A DNA stretch of 63,454 nucleotides, the filler included, from Octopus bimaculoides (Eukaryota): NCBI RefSeq assembly GCF_001194135.2. It is 4 parts of 4 records of this genome, joined end to end, with 100 filler letters (N's around TTAATTAATTAA, not from the genome) between each part and the next. Parts side by side here need not be neighbours in the genome. Positions count along the whole stretch, not along the records: positions 1 to 27,683 come from NC_068990.1; 3 more parts are not named here. One strand, written 5' to 3'. This document shows, in pieces, positions 14,135-26,555 of this stretch (within the stretch, counting starts at the first letter, position 1; the number at the start of each line of letters is the position of its first letter). Position numbers and translations under genes: made by a program. Under the pieces are notes generated by a model. It was given only the letters and a program-made list of their open reading frames with translations. It did no database searches and had not been told where the DNA came from.

Positions 14135-14470
14135 CATTGTTCTGAGTTCAGTTCCACATCATGCCACCTTGGGTAAGTGTCTTCTACTGTAGCCTTGTGA
14201 GTGGATTTCATTGATGGAAACTGAAAAGAAGCCTGTCATACACAAACACATGCATACATACTTGAGCACTCACATACACACAAATAATGTGTGTGAGTGT
14301 GTGTATGCTTGTGTCTGCTTAACTAATGACACTGTCATCCAAGCAATGTCATTCATTTTCAATATCTTGTGAGAACATGTCAGGCCATGAGGAAATATTA
14401 CTTTGCTTGGAAACAAAGAGGATCCAGCCATAGAAAAGTGGACATAAAAATGATGATGATGATGATGATT
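14135..14470 (+). mobile_element. SINE family A head followed by a SINE D-related tail with (GAT)n
   Basis: gagttcagttccacatcatgccaccttgggtaagtgtcttctactgtagcc...ggaaactgaaaagaagcc, then gttcattttcaatatcttgtgagaacatg...catagaaaagtggacataaaaatgatgatgat. Confidence 0.7.
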
Positions 14471-16111
14471 AGGGCATATATATATATTTTTTTTCAATTC
14501 ATCTTCCTGTCTGTTGTCTTTTAATGTTTACAAAACATTTTGGTATAGTATTGAATGAATAGATAATTTTCAGTTGTTAGTAGGCTTCCTATATTTCTTT
14601 TCTTTAATATTTTTACTCAGGATTTTTTTTTTAGAAATTGTCTTTGTATACATGATGTAAACAATGCCAGTGTTTAGCTGTTATTTAATAGAGATTTCAA
14701 TGGAAATCTGCTCGCTGCTCCTTCACGCTGATTTGCTCCAAGTTCAAAAGTGAGAAAATCTTCACGGAATTTTGATATGGAATTTTGAAATTCTTCTTAT
14801 CATGCAAACAATTCTCTAAGCCTAAATAAGCTCTCTTCAAATCGCTTGTCACAGAATTTTGTCACTTACCTTTTAGTTGCATACGCTGTATTAAGAAAAT
14901 AAGAAGATAGTGCACCCCACCTTCAGGCTTATTAATGCTGGCAGCTTAGCTTTTCAACTTAGAAAATGGTTTTATATGTAGCTTATGTTTTGTTATATTT
15001 CTACATTTTCACTCCTGTAATAGGATCTTGCTAGCAGCAATAGAGATGGAAATGTGACAATAAGAAAACAAGAACAATGAAATCTACTACTACTGCCAGA
15101 TTTTGGTTTATAAGAAAGAGTTATAATATTGTTTTCAAATATTTTTTTCAACAAAAATACTGTATTCTTATTCTAAAATACAAGACATGTTATTGTTTTA
15201 TTTTGAGTCTACTTTCAAAGCTAATTTCTTTCATTTGACTTTTTTTACTTTTATAAAAGTTAAGTATAATAATAATACTTTTGCATAATGAGAAGTAGAT
15301 TTGAAAAATTTATGACTGAGTTTTCTAAATAACCTGGTTAAACTGATTTTAATCAATCATAGTAGCAATGGTGATGAAGATGATACTTCTTTCGATTTTG
15401 ATTATTTATTCTATAGTTATCTAAATATATTCAGTACTGATTGTTCACTTTAATTTCTTTTTTCTTTTTTTTTTTTGAATTCATATAACATCAAATATCT
15501 TGGATATCATCTAAGAGCTAATCAAAGTAATCTATAAATCTGTTACCTCACCTTCTGTTTATGGGATATTATAGAAATGATATGAAAATAATTGTCTGAA
15601 ATATTTCTAAAGCAGAGATTGAAATTACCTTTACAATCATGATTATATAAGCAAAGATATTTAAAAAAAGAATTTATTTAATATGTTACAGCTGATTATA
15701 AGACAACTTTCTCACATATAGTAAATTTATTGAATAAAATGGCAGAAATCTAAAGAGAAAAATTACAAACGAATAAAAATAGTCAATGTTCTTAATACAT
15801 TTTATCATATTTTTGAAAAAAAAAAAAAATGGATAGACGTTTTTTTTTTGTTTGTTTTAGTTATTTTATGAAGTTGACAAATTTGAATTAATTCTATACA
15901 GTGTTGTAAGCTTACAAATTATCTCTGCTTAATTATGTATATCCATTTTTTCTTTTTATTCATAATGATCTATATAAACTTCATATATTTTAATCTGTTT
16001 AGATTTTTTTTTGTATTTGTATATGTTAATGAAAATTATATATATATATATATATACTTTTAAATGCTCATTTTAATTTCATTAATATTATTTTTTTATT
16101 TTCTTTTGCAG

Positions 16112-16200
16112 AACTTTTTACTTTCCATTTCGAAAGGAGAAAAACTTGCTATGATATCTGAAGAAAGACGACAAGCATTTAATAACTGGTATAAGGATCA
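16112..16200 (+). other. C-terminal half of a SATB-type CUTL (CUT1-like) domain
   Basis: LLSISKGEKLAMISEERRQAFNNWYK aligns without gaps to SATB1 [26 protein letters not shown] as recalled from memory (9 of 26 identical, including Q.F..WYK). Confidence 0.65.
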
Positions 16201-17821
16201 ACTACGTAAATCTGTTATAAGACAAAACCAACTGCAAAAGATTTCAGCAACAGTTTCAGTCAGTTCTACTTTAATTGATAACTATGGATCACATCTTTCT
16301 ACATTGACTCAAAATTCTGTATTGAAAACTTCCCAGTGTGTATCTCCTCCTAGCAATTCAGTCCCTATTACAACCACTGTTACAACTTACAGTACAACTA
16401 CTACACCTTCTCCAGCTCAATCCCCTCCTTATGCCCTATCACATGGACGAACTCGTATGCGAACTTCATTTGATCCTGAACATGAAATACCTAGATTGCA
16501 ACGATGGTTTCAACAGAACCAGCATCCGACACGAGAACAAATGGTCCATTATTTAAATGAATTAAACTCTTTAGAATCAAGAAAAGGGCGTAAGCAATTG
16601 GATTTAACTAATATAATTTATTGGTTTAAAAATGCTCGAGCTGCTTTGCGTCGTGCTAGTAAAAATATTGAAGACAGTTTAGAAGGAGAAGAAAATGCTA
16701 ATGGGGAAACATATGGTAATGCAGATTCTCTTCCTTATCTTCCAAATCGCAATGCAATTTACATTGTGCCTCACCCATTGCATTCAACATATGCCAAAGA
16801 TTGTGGTAATGCAATGGATATGACAACTACTAGTCATCATCAAGAGGATGGAAAACCAATGGACGTCAGTCAAAAAAAGAGTGATCCCATGAAAACACCT
16901 GATGCTTCTTCACCACTTCCACTCCCTCGAACTTCATCTGAAGAGAACATGAGGGAAAAACTAGACAAAGGTAAATCATATCTATCATCAGGTGAAAGTG
17001 GTCTAAATCTTGCCTCTCAAAGAGATAGTGTAGAAAGCCTTGTTTCCAAAGAGGAAAATACTTTTAACAACTCAAGATTTCGTGATAGTTTGGAAAGCAC
17101 TAGCTCAAAAGAAAATTCTGCATTCAGTCATTCAAATGCAAAAGAAGATCTTCCATTTAACCACACAATTAGTTCTAAAGAGGAAGAAGAAGGAATTAAT
17201 CATAATCATAAAAAATTCAAGGACGAAGAAATGGACTGTGATGATGTTGATTCATCTATTGATGACAATCGGTCTTTGGATATCAACTCTATGTCTAGTC
17301 AGGATGTAGATCAGTTTAACATTGTTGTCAAACAAGAAATTGATGACAGTAAATCAGCTGACAGTGTGAATTTAAAATCACTATCTAGTAGTGGAATGAC
17401 ACAATCTCTCCAGATACCTGGGCACATGCCTCACGGCCTTCCATTACATTATCTCCCTTATAATTCTCAGTATTATTCCCAGCTTCAAGAAAAATCACAC
17501 TTGAAATCACATAGTCACAGTTTGGAGAAAAAGAGACGTACTCGTGTTTTCATTGACCCCCTTTCAGAGATCCCTAAACTCGAAAAGTGGTTTGCAGAAG
17601 AGACTCATCCATCAGCATATATGATAGATAAGTATTGTGAAGAACTTAATCAATCTGAATATCGACAAAAATTCCCTAAGCTTGAATCTAAAAATGTTCA
17701 ATTATGGTTCAAGAACCATCGTGCAAAAATTAAACGAATACGTTTGGATTTTGGTGACAAACCATCAGGAGTATGTCATGACAATTCATTAGAACTTACA
17801 GAAGTTTCAGAGCTAGGTTAA
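16112..17821 (+). CDS. dve: Terminal coding exon of a Defective proventriculus / Compass / SATB-like double-homeodomain transcription factor
   Basis: Long open frame (track ORF 16064-17821). Strong acceptor tttttttattttcttttgcag at 16091-16111 in phase 0, so the true exon starts at 16112. HD1 RTRMRTSFDPEHEIPRLQRWF...IIYWFKNARAALRR and HD2 KKRRTRVFIDPLSEIPKLEKWF...VQLWFKNHRAKIKR each have an insertion between helices 2 and 3 and K50, which are hallmarks of Drosophila Dve. Stop TAA at 17819-17821. Confidence 0.9.
   Translation, partial: NFLLSISKGEKLAMISEERRQAFNNWYKDQLRKSVIRQNQLQKISATVSVSSTLIDNYGSHLSTLTQNSVLKTSQCVSPPSNSVPITTTVTTYSTTTTPSPAQSPPYALSHGRTRMRTSFDPEHEIPRLQRWFQQNQHPTREQMVHYLNELNSLESRKGRKQLDLTNIIYWFKNARAALRRASKNIEDSLEGEENANGETYGNADSLPYLPNRNAIYIVPHPLHSTYAKDCGNAMDMTTTSHHQEDGKPMDVSQKKSDPMKTPDASSPLPLPRTSSEENMREKLDKGKSYLSSGESGLNLASQRDSVESLVSKEENTFNNSRFRDSLESTSSKENSAFSHSNAKEDLPFNHTISSKEEEEGINHNHKKFKDEEMDCDDVDSSIDDNRSLDINSMSSQDVDQFNIVVKQEIDDSKSADSVNLKSLSSSGMTQSLQIPGHMPHGLPLHYLPYNSQYYSQLQEKSHLKSHSHSLEKKRRTRVFIDPLSEIPKLEKWFAEETHPSAYMIDKYCEELNQSEYRQKFPKLESKNVQLWFKNHRAKIKRIRLDFGDKPSGVCHDNSLELTEVSELG
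16448..16660 (+). other. Homeodomain 1 (atypical, K50)
   Basis: WFKN at 16622-16633, with K50 codon AAA at 16628-16630. Extra residues NSLESRKGRKQ precede the recognition helix. Confidence 0.9.
17528..17743 (+). other. Homeodomain 2 (atypical, K50)
   Basis: WFKN at 17705-17716, with K50 codon AAG at 17711-17713. Extra residues NQSEYRQKFPK precede the recognition helix. Confidence 0.9.
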
Positions 17822-19700
17822 CTCAGCATGGTTTTCCTCATTGTTCATCTACCATATATCTGTTAGCATTATGAATAGATCTCACTCTTTCTCAAATGAT
17901 CAACCTATGATTTTTATTTTTTTCTTTATCCATTTATCGTTTTATTTATTCACATTGGGGCATTGATTTAATTAAGCTCTAAGTTGTTTTTAGTCAGTGA
18001 AAGAATAGAAATTTCAAATGAAATTTTCCATTTAGAGTTTTATATATTAAACAAAAGATTTTATTGTTATCTTTTTGCATTTAAATAATAGCAATTTTGA
18101 AAAGGGATGTCATTTCTCTTTCAGTATATTAGAAAGCTGCTGCTTCTAAATTTTAATACATTTAACTTGAGGAAATGCATATTTTCAACCTTATTTATCT
18201 TATTTTTTACTCAGAAAATCATTTGAAGTTAATCCAAAACATCTGTAAAATTGTGTAATTTCTAATTCTATCTGTTAATTAGTTCTACACATTTTAAAAA
18301 TCATCTACATCTAATATATAAATAAAGCCTATCTTAAGGAAGTTATTCAGTGTATTGCAGTGTAATATTCATTTTAAACCTGAACGAGCCTGCTTATACA
18401 CTGTCAAACCACTTTATTTTATACTGCTGCTATTTCAATTGCATATTTGCAGAAAATATACATCATTATCAAAGCATTTTTGAGTATTTTTAAAGTTTCT
18501 TATTAAAGAACCTTTTTCCCCAAATTATTATTATTTAATTTATCCTTAATTAAATTCTATAAGGAATACCCAGAGGTCTATAAAGTAAGATCCAAAGATT
18601 ATTTCTTGTTACATTATTATAGTTTCTTAACTATAATGAATACGATTTTGCACTGTGTTTTGTTCCAGCGATTTTCTTTTATCTTGAGAATATAGTATTT
18701 CATGTAAACTAGATTTGATTACAATCCCCAAATTTTTATTTATGTATAGTGATGTATGCATGTGAGTGAGTATGTGTTCATGTACTTTTACAAATCTCTG
18801 TTTGTAACATAATGTTTACGTTTATATTTTCTACAAAATTCATGGAACAGAGTTATGCATTATTAATTTTAATGCCTCAATGAGGTTAGAAAACTAAATT
18901 GAATCAGAATCAATTTGAGACTGACCAAGTGCAATCGTTGCCTGATTCTCCGAGATCTGAGATTTAAAGTTGGGTTTTTTTTTGTTTTTTTTGTACTTAT
19001 CTATTTACATACAATCTTTTGCAAGTATAACACCTATACATAAGTATTCATATGTTTAAATACATGTTCTGGAGATGCTTGCTTAATGTAATTATGCACA
19101 ACATATGTACTTGGATTAAGTGACATGTATAAAGGACTATTTTCTAATGAATGCAACTGTATAGAAGAATGGAAACGCTGTTATTTCTATGTTTTCAATT
19201 AGTTCATCCTAGAAAAGAATAATTGAATATCTGGATGAAGAATAGATGTAAAAAGTAAATGATATTGAAAAAGGCAGAACATGGGCCTTTGAAATGTATT
19301 TATATTGATGTATATTTGTAATCTGTAATCTTAAGCATTAAAGGTAAATATGTTTGTATGTGTTGCTATTATTTAAGGGCAGGTTTTCTTCCATTTTAGT
19401 TCTTTCACTATCAATTTTTTCTGTTAATTTATATAACAGGTTTACATTAATTTCATTTAAAACACTGTCTTTTTTTAAGCTCATTAACTCATGCATTGTT
19501 TTACTTATTAGTTGGAATTTATATGCAAGCATGTGCATACATTCATATACATGTATACATAAAACAATATAGTTCCCAAAACTGAATAGTATTTAATATT
19601 TCATACTTGTCATTGTTATTATATGTATGGTGTGTGAAAATTTGTAATTATGCAAGAAGAAAAAAAAGACCAATAAAATTTTGTGATGGATCACACATGT
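17822..19700 (+). other. Candidate long AT-rich 3' UTR with polyadenylation signals
   Basis: Repeat-free, AT-rich stretch after the stop codon. AATAAA at 18321-18326 and at 19672-19677; the latter is followed by TG-rich sequence. The true end needs RNA data. Confidence 0.45.
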
Positions 19701-19888
19701 ACACAGCCATGTATATTATGTCTGATATGCAATGGTGGGATAATGGTGTTTATAAAATGTCCTCTCTAACTGTTATTCAGCATTAGACAGCAGTTTTTAA
19801 TAACTGAAATAATGTTAGACTTTTTGCTATTAAATATTTTCAAAGTTTTACCTTCTTTTCGTTTTATGTAACAAACGAACGAAAACAC

Positions 19889-19939
<51 letters not shown>

Positions 19940-20126
19940 ACTAAACAAAGTTACATCTATTGTGTGTGTTTTTTTCCCCCCTATCATTTATGCACCCAAA
20001 AACAAGCTAAACATCAAGGACTGATAAGGAAATATGCAAAATTATTAATAAAAAGATTTAATTTAAACACAATTACATCGTCACTGTGACATGCTTGAAA
20101 GAAAAACTGATTCCCATACATATTTA

Positions 20127-20157
<31 letters not shown>

Positions 20158-20829
20158 CTATATATATGAATATATATTCATATGTATGTATATGTATATA
20201 TGTGTGTGTGTGCACAATCTGCTTTATCTTAATTCCAAGTCTAGTTATCATTCATAAGCAATCAAACATGTAGAAAAGTATACAAAAAAACAAAATAAAG
20301 GTAAATGATAACACATGCACTCACACATGCGTATATACATTTATGAGAGAGATAATTCATATATAATGAACATTTATAATAAAATGGGAATTTTTAATTG
20401 TAATATTTGATTACGTCACCAAAGGTGTGTGTGTACATGTTAATATATAAGTGATAAGTAAAATTTTTGTGCAAACACGTGTGTATGCTTATCTTGAGGT
20501 ATCTATATGTCACTTTAGGGAAATGTACATATATATTTTACATACACATAATAAATAAACTGTTATATACTGAACTGTCTTTTTTATGAATTTCATATTG
20601 AATTTTGGCAAAAATTAAATGTGATTTTGAAACGTGTTTAGAGTATGGATGGATTGTTGATAAAAATGTCACTTTGTATAATTAATGATCCTCAAATTTG
20701 GGTGTTTAGGTTATTTGTCTAAGGAAATGTGGACTTAATGTAGAAAGTAAATAATAATAATAATAATAATGATAACCATAAATGTAACACTTTAAACAAA
20801 TCCTCATTATTTTACCTGTCACACAACAC

Positions 20830-21410
<581 letters not shown>

Positions 21411-22699
21411 CATATGGCTAATTTACAAGTGAAATAACTGACAATATTCATTTCCTTTATCGTCTAAATATTAGCTGATAATACAAAGTCAATATTTTTA
21501 TTTCTATTTAATGGTTTTATTCAACTGTTTTATTTTCCACATAAATCCAAGTAGAAAAGGATATATAATTAAATTAGATTTATATATTATTATTGCAATA
21601 CTTTTTCCTCTTATTTGATTCATCTCAGGAATAAAATATATTCTCTCAAATATTTCATATTTACATAACTCTCCATAATTTCTTTTACTTTTTATAGCTT
21701 TCTATTCTCTTTTTGATCAAATGTTATTTTCATAGAACTTTTGTAAATATATCTAAAAAAAACTGTATTTATTTCAATCAAATCAGTTAGTTTAATGTAT
21801 CATTGTGTTACATATGTAATGTTCCTGTAAATATGGCAGTTTTATAGTATAAGCTCTATCTTCAGTAATGTTGATGACAGAGATATTCACTTATAATATC
21901 TGATTTTACCAGTATTTATAAATTACTTGATATCATTTATACTTATTCTCTTTTGTTTTCTTTTAGCTATTTTACTCTAAATCCTGCAGTTATCTTAGTA
22001 TTCATTGCATACAAGTGAACAGCTTAACATGTTATATCTATTGTTTTTCCCTAAACTATTGTTTCTTTCATGGTTACATGGGAATGTTTGCATATCAGGC
22101 TACCATACCTCTAATGCATTCATAAGGAGATTTTATCATGGAATATGCAATTTTCAGTATCAGTTCATCAAATAATTTTCATTTAATACCAGTTGTCCTA
22201 CAATACCATTTCATCTTGAGTTATTGATCCTCATCCTATACATACTTCAATATATCATTTCCAATTGTTTATCTAATTGTCTATGTTTCTGCTCTCTAAC
22301 AAGCCTAGGAAACTGCAGTTACTCTTTCTACTTTTAGTTATTAATTCATTCAAAGACTCTTGCTTTTCTATGTCAATGCTTACTTTATAAGGTACTGAGA
22401 TCAGTTTAACTGATTAAACACTGTTTTATAAGATATTAAATATCATTTGTTTGACTCACCAAACAAATACTAAGCCACTGTACTGTGACGATAAGTTAAC
22501 TTCAAGATGTTTGTAATGTATGTTATGATTTCCCAAGTCATTTATGATCCATCTTATGAAATATACTTTACCAACATTAGTTTATGTGTTTGCAGTATTT
22601 TAGATCTATTTTAGTATTTATGCTATGTAAGGTATGAGGAATATTTCACTCTTCTTTATCAATTTCTTTTTATTGTTTCCTTGATTTTTGTTACAATAC

Positions 22700-24170
22700 T
22701 TGCTTGTTCCTTTTTAGTAAAAGTTTTTCAATCATTATTGACCATAAATATTACCCAAATTCTTTGTCTATTTCGGGGAGTAGGCATAATCTTGTACTCT
22801 TTCCCTTAGTCTTCTCGTTTTTCTCTGTCAGTTCTCCATCATGATTCTGCTAGTGTCAGACTATGGCTTCACTTTTCTTTGTAGTCAGGCATTCTTTCAA
22901 CTGTCAGAATCTTGATTTCTCTTTTTTTTATTTTTTTTTTTTTATTGAAGTGCATTTAGGTCTTCCAGTTTAATGCTTATTCTCCTCAAATACCATATTC
23001 CTGCATATTTAGAAATTGTTCAGGGTCTCTGTGAAGGTGATATCTAACTCACTTGATGTATGTCTCTCCAACTCAGCATTAATGCTCAGTAGATTTGAGT
23101 GAGAAAGAACCTGAGCCACTAATCTTGTCTTACCATCAGTAGATTGCAAGTCATATGTTAGCTTTGCAGCTTCCTAATGTGTTCATTATAAAAATCCATG
23201 ACTTAACATATTTACTGTAACATTATAAATGTTGAAGACCTCCAGTTTGTGTTGAGACTGAAAGCTTTTTCATTTTATATTTGTCCCATAATCTTCCAAA
23301 AGTTCTGCATGCCTTTTCAAATCTGCACTTGATGATTTTCATCAATTTTACATTCCTGGAAAGAAGTACTTATATTGATGAAGCTGTCCATTATATTTAG
23401 TATTTAGTCCTTTAGTATTACACATAGATCTTCATAGAGTTCTAACATCAATCATTATGCTCACTTGTATTTTATGTTCACTGGTAGCATTAACTATGCA
23501 GTTTTCTTCAAAACGAAGTTTCTGATTCTCATATTTTACATCTTGTTAACTGCTATGCTACCTAGCAATGACTATTGTACAGCTTTCTATTTGCTCTGTA
23601 TTTTATATGGATGCCCTCTCCACTGTTGTGGAATTCTTTGAACAATGTAGTTAAGAACACCATGCTGAACTATATTGGAGCTAATAATCATTCCTACTCT
23701 ACTCTTTAAGTTATATCAAAGATTTCTAATTCTTTTCCCGTGCACAAACCAGTATGAAATCATGGAATTAGTGTTTAATATTAAAGGACCTGTTGAACAT
23801 CAAAAGTTAAATAACATTTTCCATTGCCAGCCCTGCTTATGTTATCAAAGTTGCACATAGATGGTTTAAAAGTCTCTAATTTGTTTTCAAGGGGTTTGTC
23901 TGGCTTGAAGATCACATCCAGCTTGCCTTCCTATAGATGGTAGAAAGCAGCTTAGTAGGATTCTAACCAATATTAGTTCAATCATGAAGTTGTGTCATGT
24001 ACAGGATTGATAATTTTCTTTTGTATCGGTGTATTCTAAATGCATTCTTATATGTTGTCTCGTTTCCATATGGCATGATGTGCTTTTGATGTAAAAAATA
24101 CCACTAGACTTGCACATTTGAGCAGGTACAAGGTATAGCACTTCCACATGGCCCTTTGCCTTAGGATAGT
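22700..24170 (-). mobile_element. Heavily decayed RTE-clade LINE RT and C-terminus
   Basis: Minus-strand remnants in order: ESQAGC, NFDNISRAG, LAPI*FSMVF, EGIHIKYRANRKLYN, LRFEENCIVNATSEHKIQ (cf. LFADDCAL.AHSE.DLQ), KACRTFGRLW, FSLNTKLEVF, W.FYNEHIRKL, W*DKI, QVLSHSNLLSI. Confidence 0.75.
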
Positions 24171-25563
24171 TGGTTTATGGCCTTCTGTATTTCTTGTAAC
24201 TTAGAAACTATATCAGATCAGTTTTTTTTTATTATTAAATACAAAGAAACCAAAGTGCTATTATTATTTTTTTTTTTTTTACCTAAAATACTTTTTAATA
24301 CTAAATGTTTTCATTTATATTCCAGTGTCTTTTTTTCTTTTTTCTTTTTTGCCTTTTTCCTTTTTCTCCCTTTTTTTTATTTTTGCAAATCTTTGGTTAC
24401 ATTGGATAATTATACAATTTACTTCTAACATTCTATACTATGAATGTATTATCTTCTTCAGATCTATCTCTAACTCATTACCATTTTATGGCAGGTATTA
24501 ATTCAAACTATTCCATAATTACGAACGACAAATCTTCAAAATAGAAATAACAGAATTTTAGAAAATATTTTAATTTTAATTTTTGTAAAATGCTTTAGCT
24601 ATCTCATCAAAATTCAGTTTAGAAGTTCCATACTTCTTTAAAATGGCGACCTTTTTTTTTTTTTTTTTTTTTTTCACTGTTCTTCTTGTGTTAGGGAATG
24701 TAATGTATATGAGCTTGTATTGGTTTGCTTCATAATTTAAATGTTATTTCTTTTCAAAACAGTGTTATATAATCCAGTTAAAATGTTTTATATATGATAT
24801 CCTTATAAGGTTACTCTGAATACACATGAATACTTGCAGATTAATAATAATATTTATTTCTAGCAATTTCCTTAACTGCACTGATGCCAACATTATTGAC
24901 TCATACTTTTCATATACATGCCATCAGTGAAATCAGGAAAATTGTTCATTCTTATAGAAAAGTTACTATTGGAAATAAACATTTCACAAAGATGCCCTTA
25001 CACCAACATGAAAAACACAAGTGATGCTGGTGGAATTTCTAATTTTTACAGAGTGAGAGTTTTGGAGTTTTATAGATTTAAAGTAGAATGTAATTTCTTG
25101 ATTTATTTTGCAAACAGCTCAAAATCTGTTGACACATATATGTATTTTCTACATTATAAAAATCAATCTTCTAATAACAATTCTTGTGAGCCAATTTTTA
25201 AATACAAGTTAAATAAATATTTATATGATTATGGTTGCAGGTGTTGTGTTGTGTCACAGACAAAGTGTATAATTCTGCTTGTATAGGTGTATTTACTTAA
25301 AAATGGGTGACATCTACCTACAATTCAATATTCAGCAGTTGGTAGTTCAAAGGGTATCCAGTCACAAGATATATGCCTACTATTATTTTACAAATATTAC
25401 AATTTTAAGAACTTATAAGATAAAAAAAAGCTTCCCTAAAATGGAAACATTTCTTTTGGAATTTGTACACACAAGAATCAAAGTCATGCACCCAATACAT
25501 TTAAAATTATATACTTCATTAATAATACTACATTCAATATGTCGGTATATGTTTGCGTTTCTT

Positions 25564-25618
<55 letters not shown>

Positions 25619-26049
25619 ATATATATATATATATTTATATATATGTGCATATAAATGTGTCTGTATAGATTTATACATGCACAAATATTCATATACATGC
25701 ATGTGTTATAGGCACATATGTGTATATGCATGTTTGCATTTGGATATGTGTTTGAACATGTCTTGCAGGGTTACCACCATTGTGGATATATCAGCTTGGT
25801 TTAGCCAAACTTACAGGAAACTCTAATTCTTCCACAAAGCTTACAGTGCCAAATTTTACATATTTATTTTGAGGTAGACTGGAACATTTAACATTTAAAT
25901 ATATTGGCTTTGAGGACTATGAAATAACAGTGACCTCTCAGATTGTTTGATAACACAACAATGATTGGCTGTCTGGCTTTGCATATCTCTTTCTCACTCA
26001 CTCTCTCTCTCTCTCTCTTTATATATATATATTTATATATATATATATA

Positions 26050-26285
26050 ATCATTGTTTAGCATCTACTTTTCCATCCTTGCATAGATCAGATGGAATTC
26101 GTTGGGGCAGATTTTTTATGGCCCAGTGCTCTTTTTGTTGCCAATCTTCACCTGTTTGCAAACAAGATTATATTTTCCCCATGACCAGACATGTTTTCAT
26201 GGAAGATTAAAAACGAAGAGTACCATCAGTATGACGGTGACGTTCATTTACAACTAACATGCACTGTCAAGACAAGGAGACACGT
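26050..26285 (-). mobile_element. SINE, family D-related variant
   Basis: atcattgtttagcatctacttttccatccttgcatagatcagatgg...catgaccagacatgttttcatggaaga...caagacaaggagacac. Confidence 0.7.
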
Positions 26286-26446
26286 GCACACATAAACACA
26301 CACTTATATGTAATGTGTGTGTGTGTGAGTTCATATTTCCCCTGATTTTCATGTTAACAAAAAGATTCATCATTCATACAATCAATGGCATTTGTTTCCA
26401 ATCCTTTGTAAAAGCATGTCCAAGCTGTTTGTTTTTTTTTTTGATA

Positions 26447-26555
26447 AACTGTTGGATGACAGCCGGTGTCAAGAAGAGTATCAGAAAAAAGACAACTCTG
26501 CCCCGATGTAGTCTTGTCTGACTCATGCAAGCATGGAAAAGTAGACATTAAAATA
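26447..26555 (+). mobile_element. SINE family D-related 3' fragment, inverted relative to the 26050 copy
   Basis: ggtgtcaagaagagtatcag...gactcatgcaagcatggaaaagtagacattaaaatagtgatg. Confidence 0.65.

Noticed and set aside
16064-16111. ATG at 16064 as the start of a 585-aa single-exon protein
   Set aside because: The first 16 codons (MLILISLILFFYFLLQ) are the polypyrimidine tract and acceptor of the intron. The protein begins mid-domain at 16112.
24640-24650. YY1/Pho-like AAAATGGCGAC
   Set aside because: It is a single motif with no other promoter evidence and is expected by chance at this scale.
24918-25540. Two overlapping ~120-aa ORFs downstream of dve
   Set aside because: AT-rich composition, no splice or domain signal, and no recognised family. 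Possibly an unrecognisable old TE.
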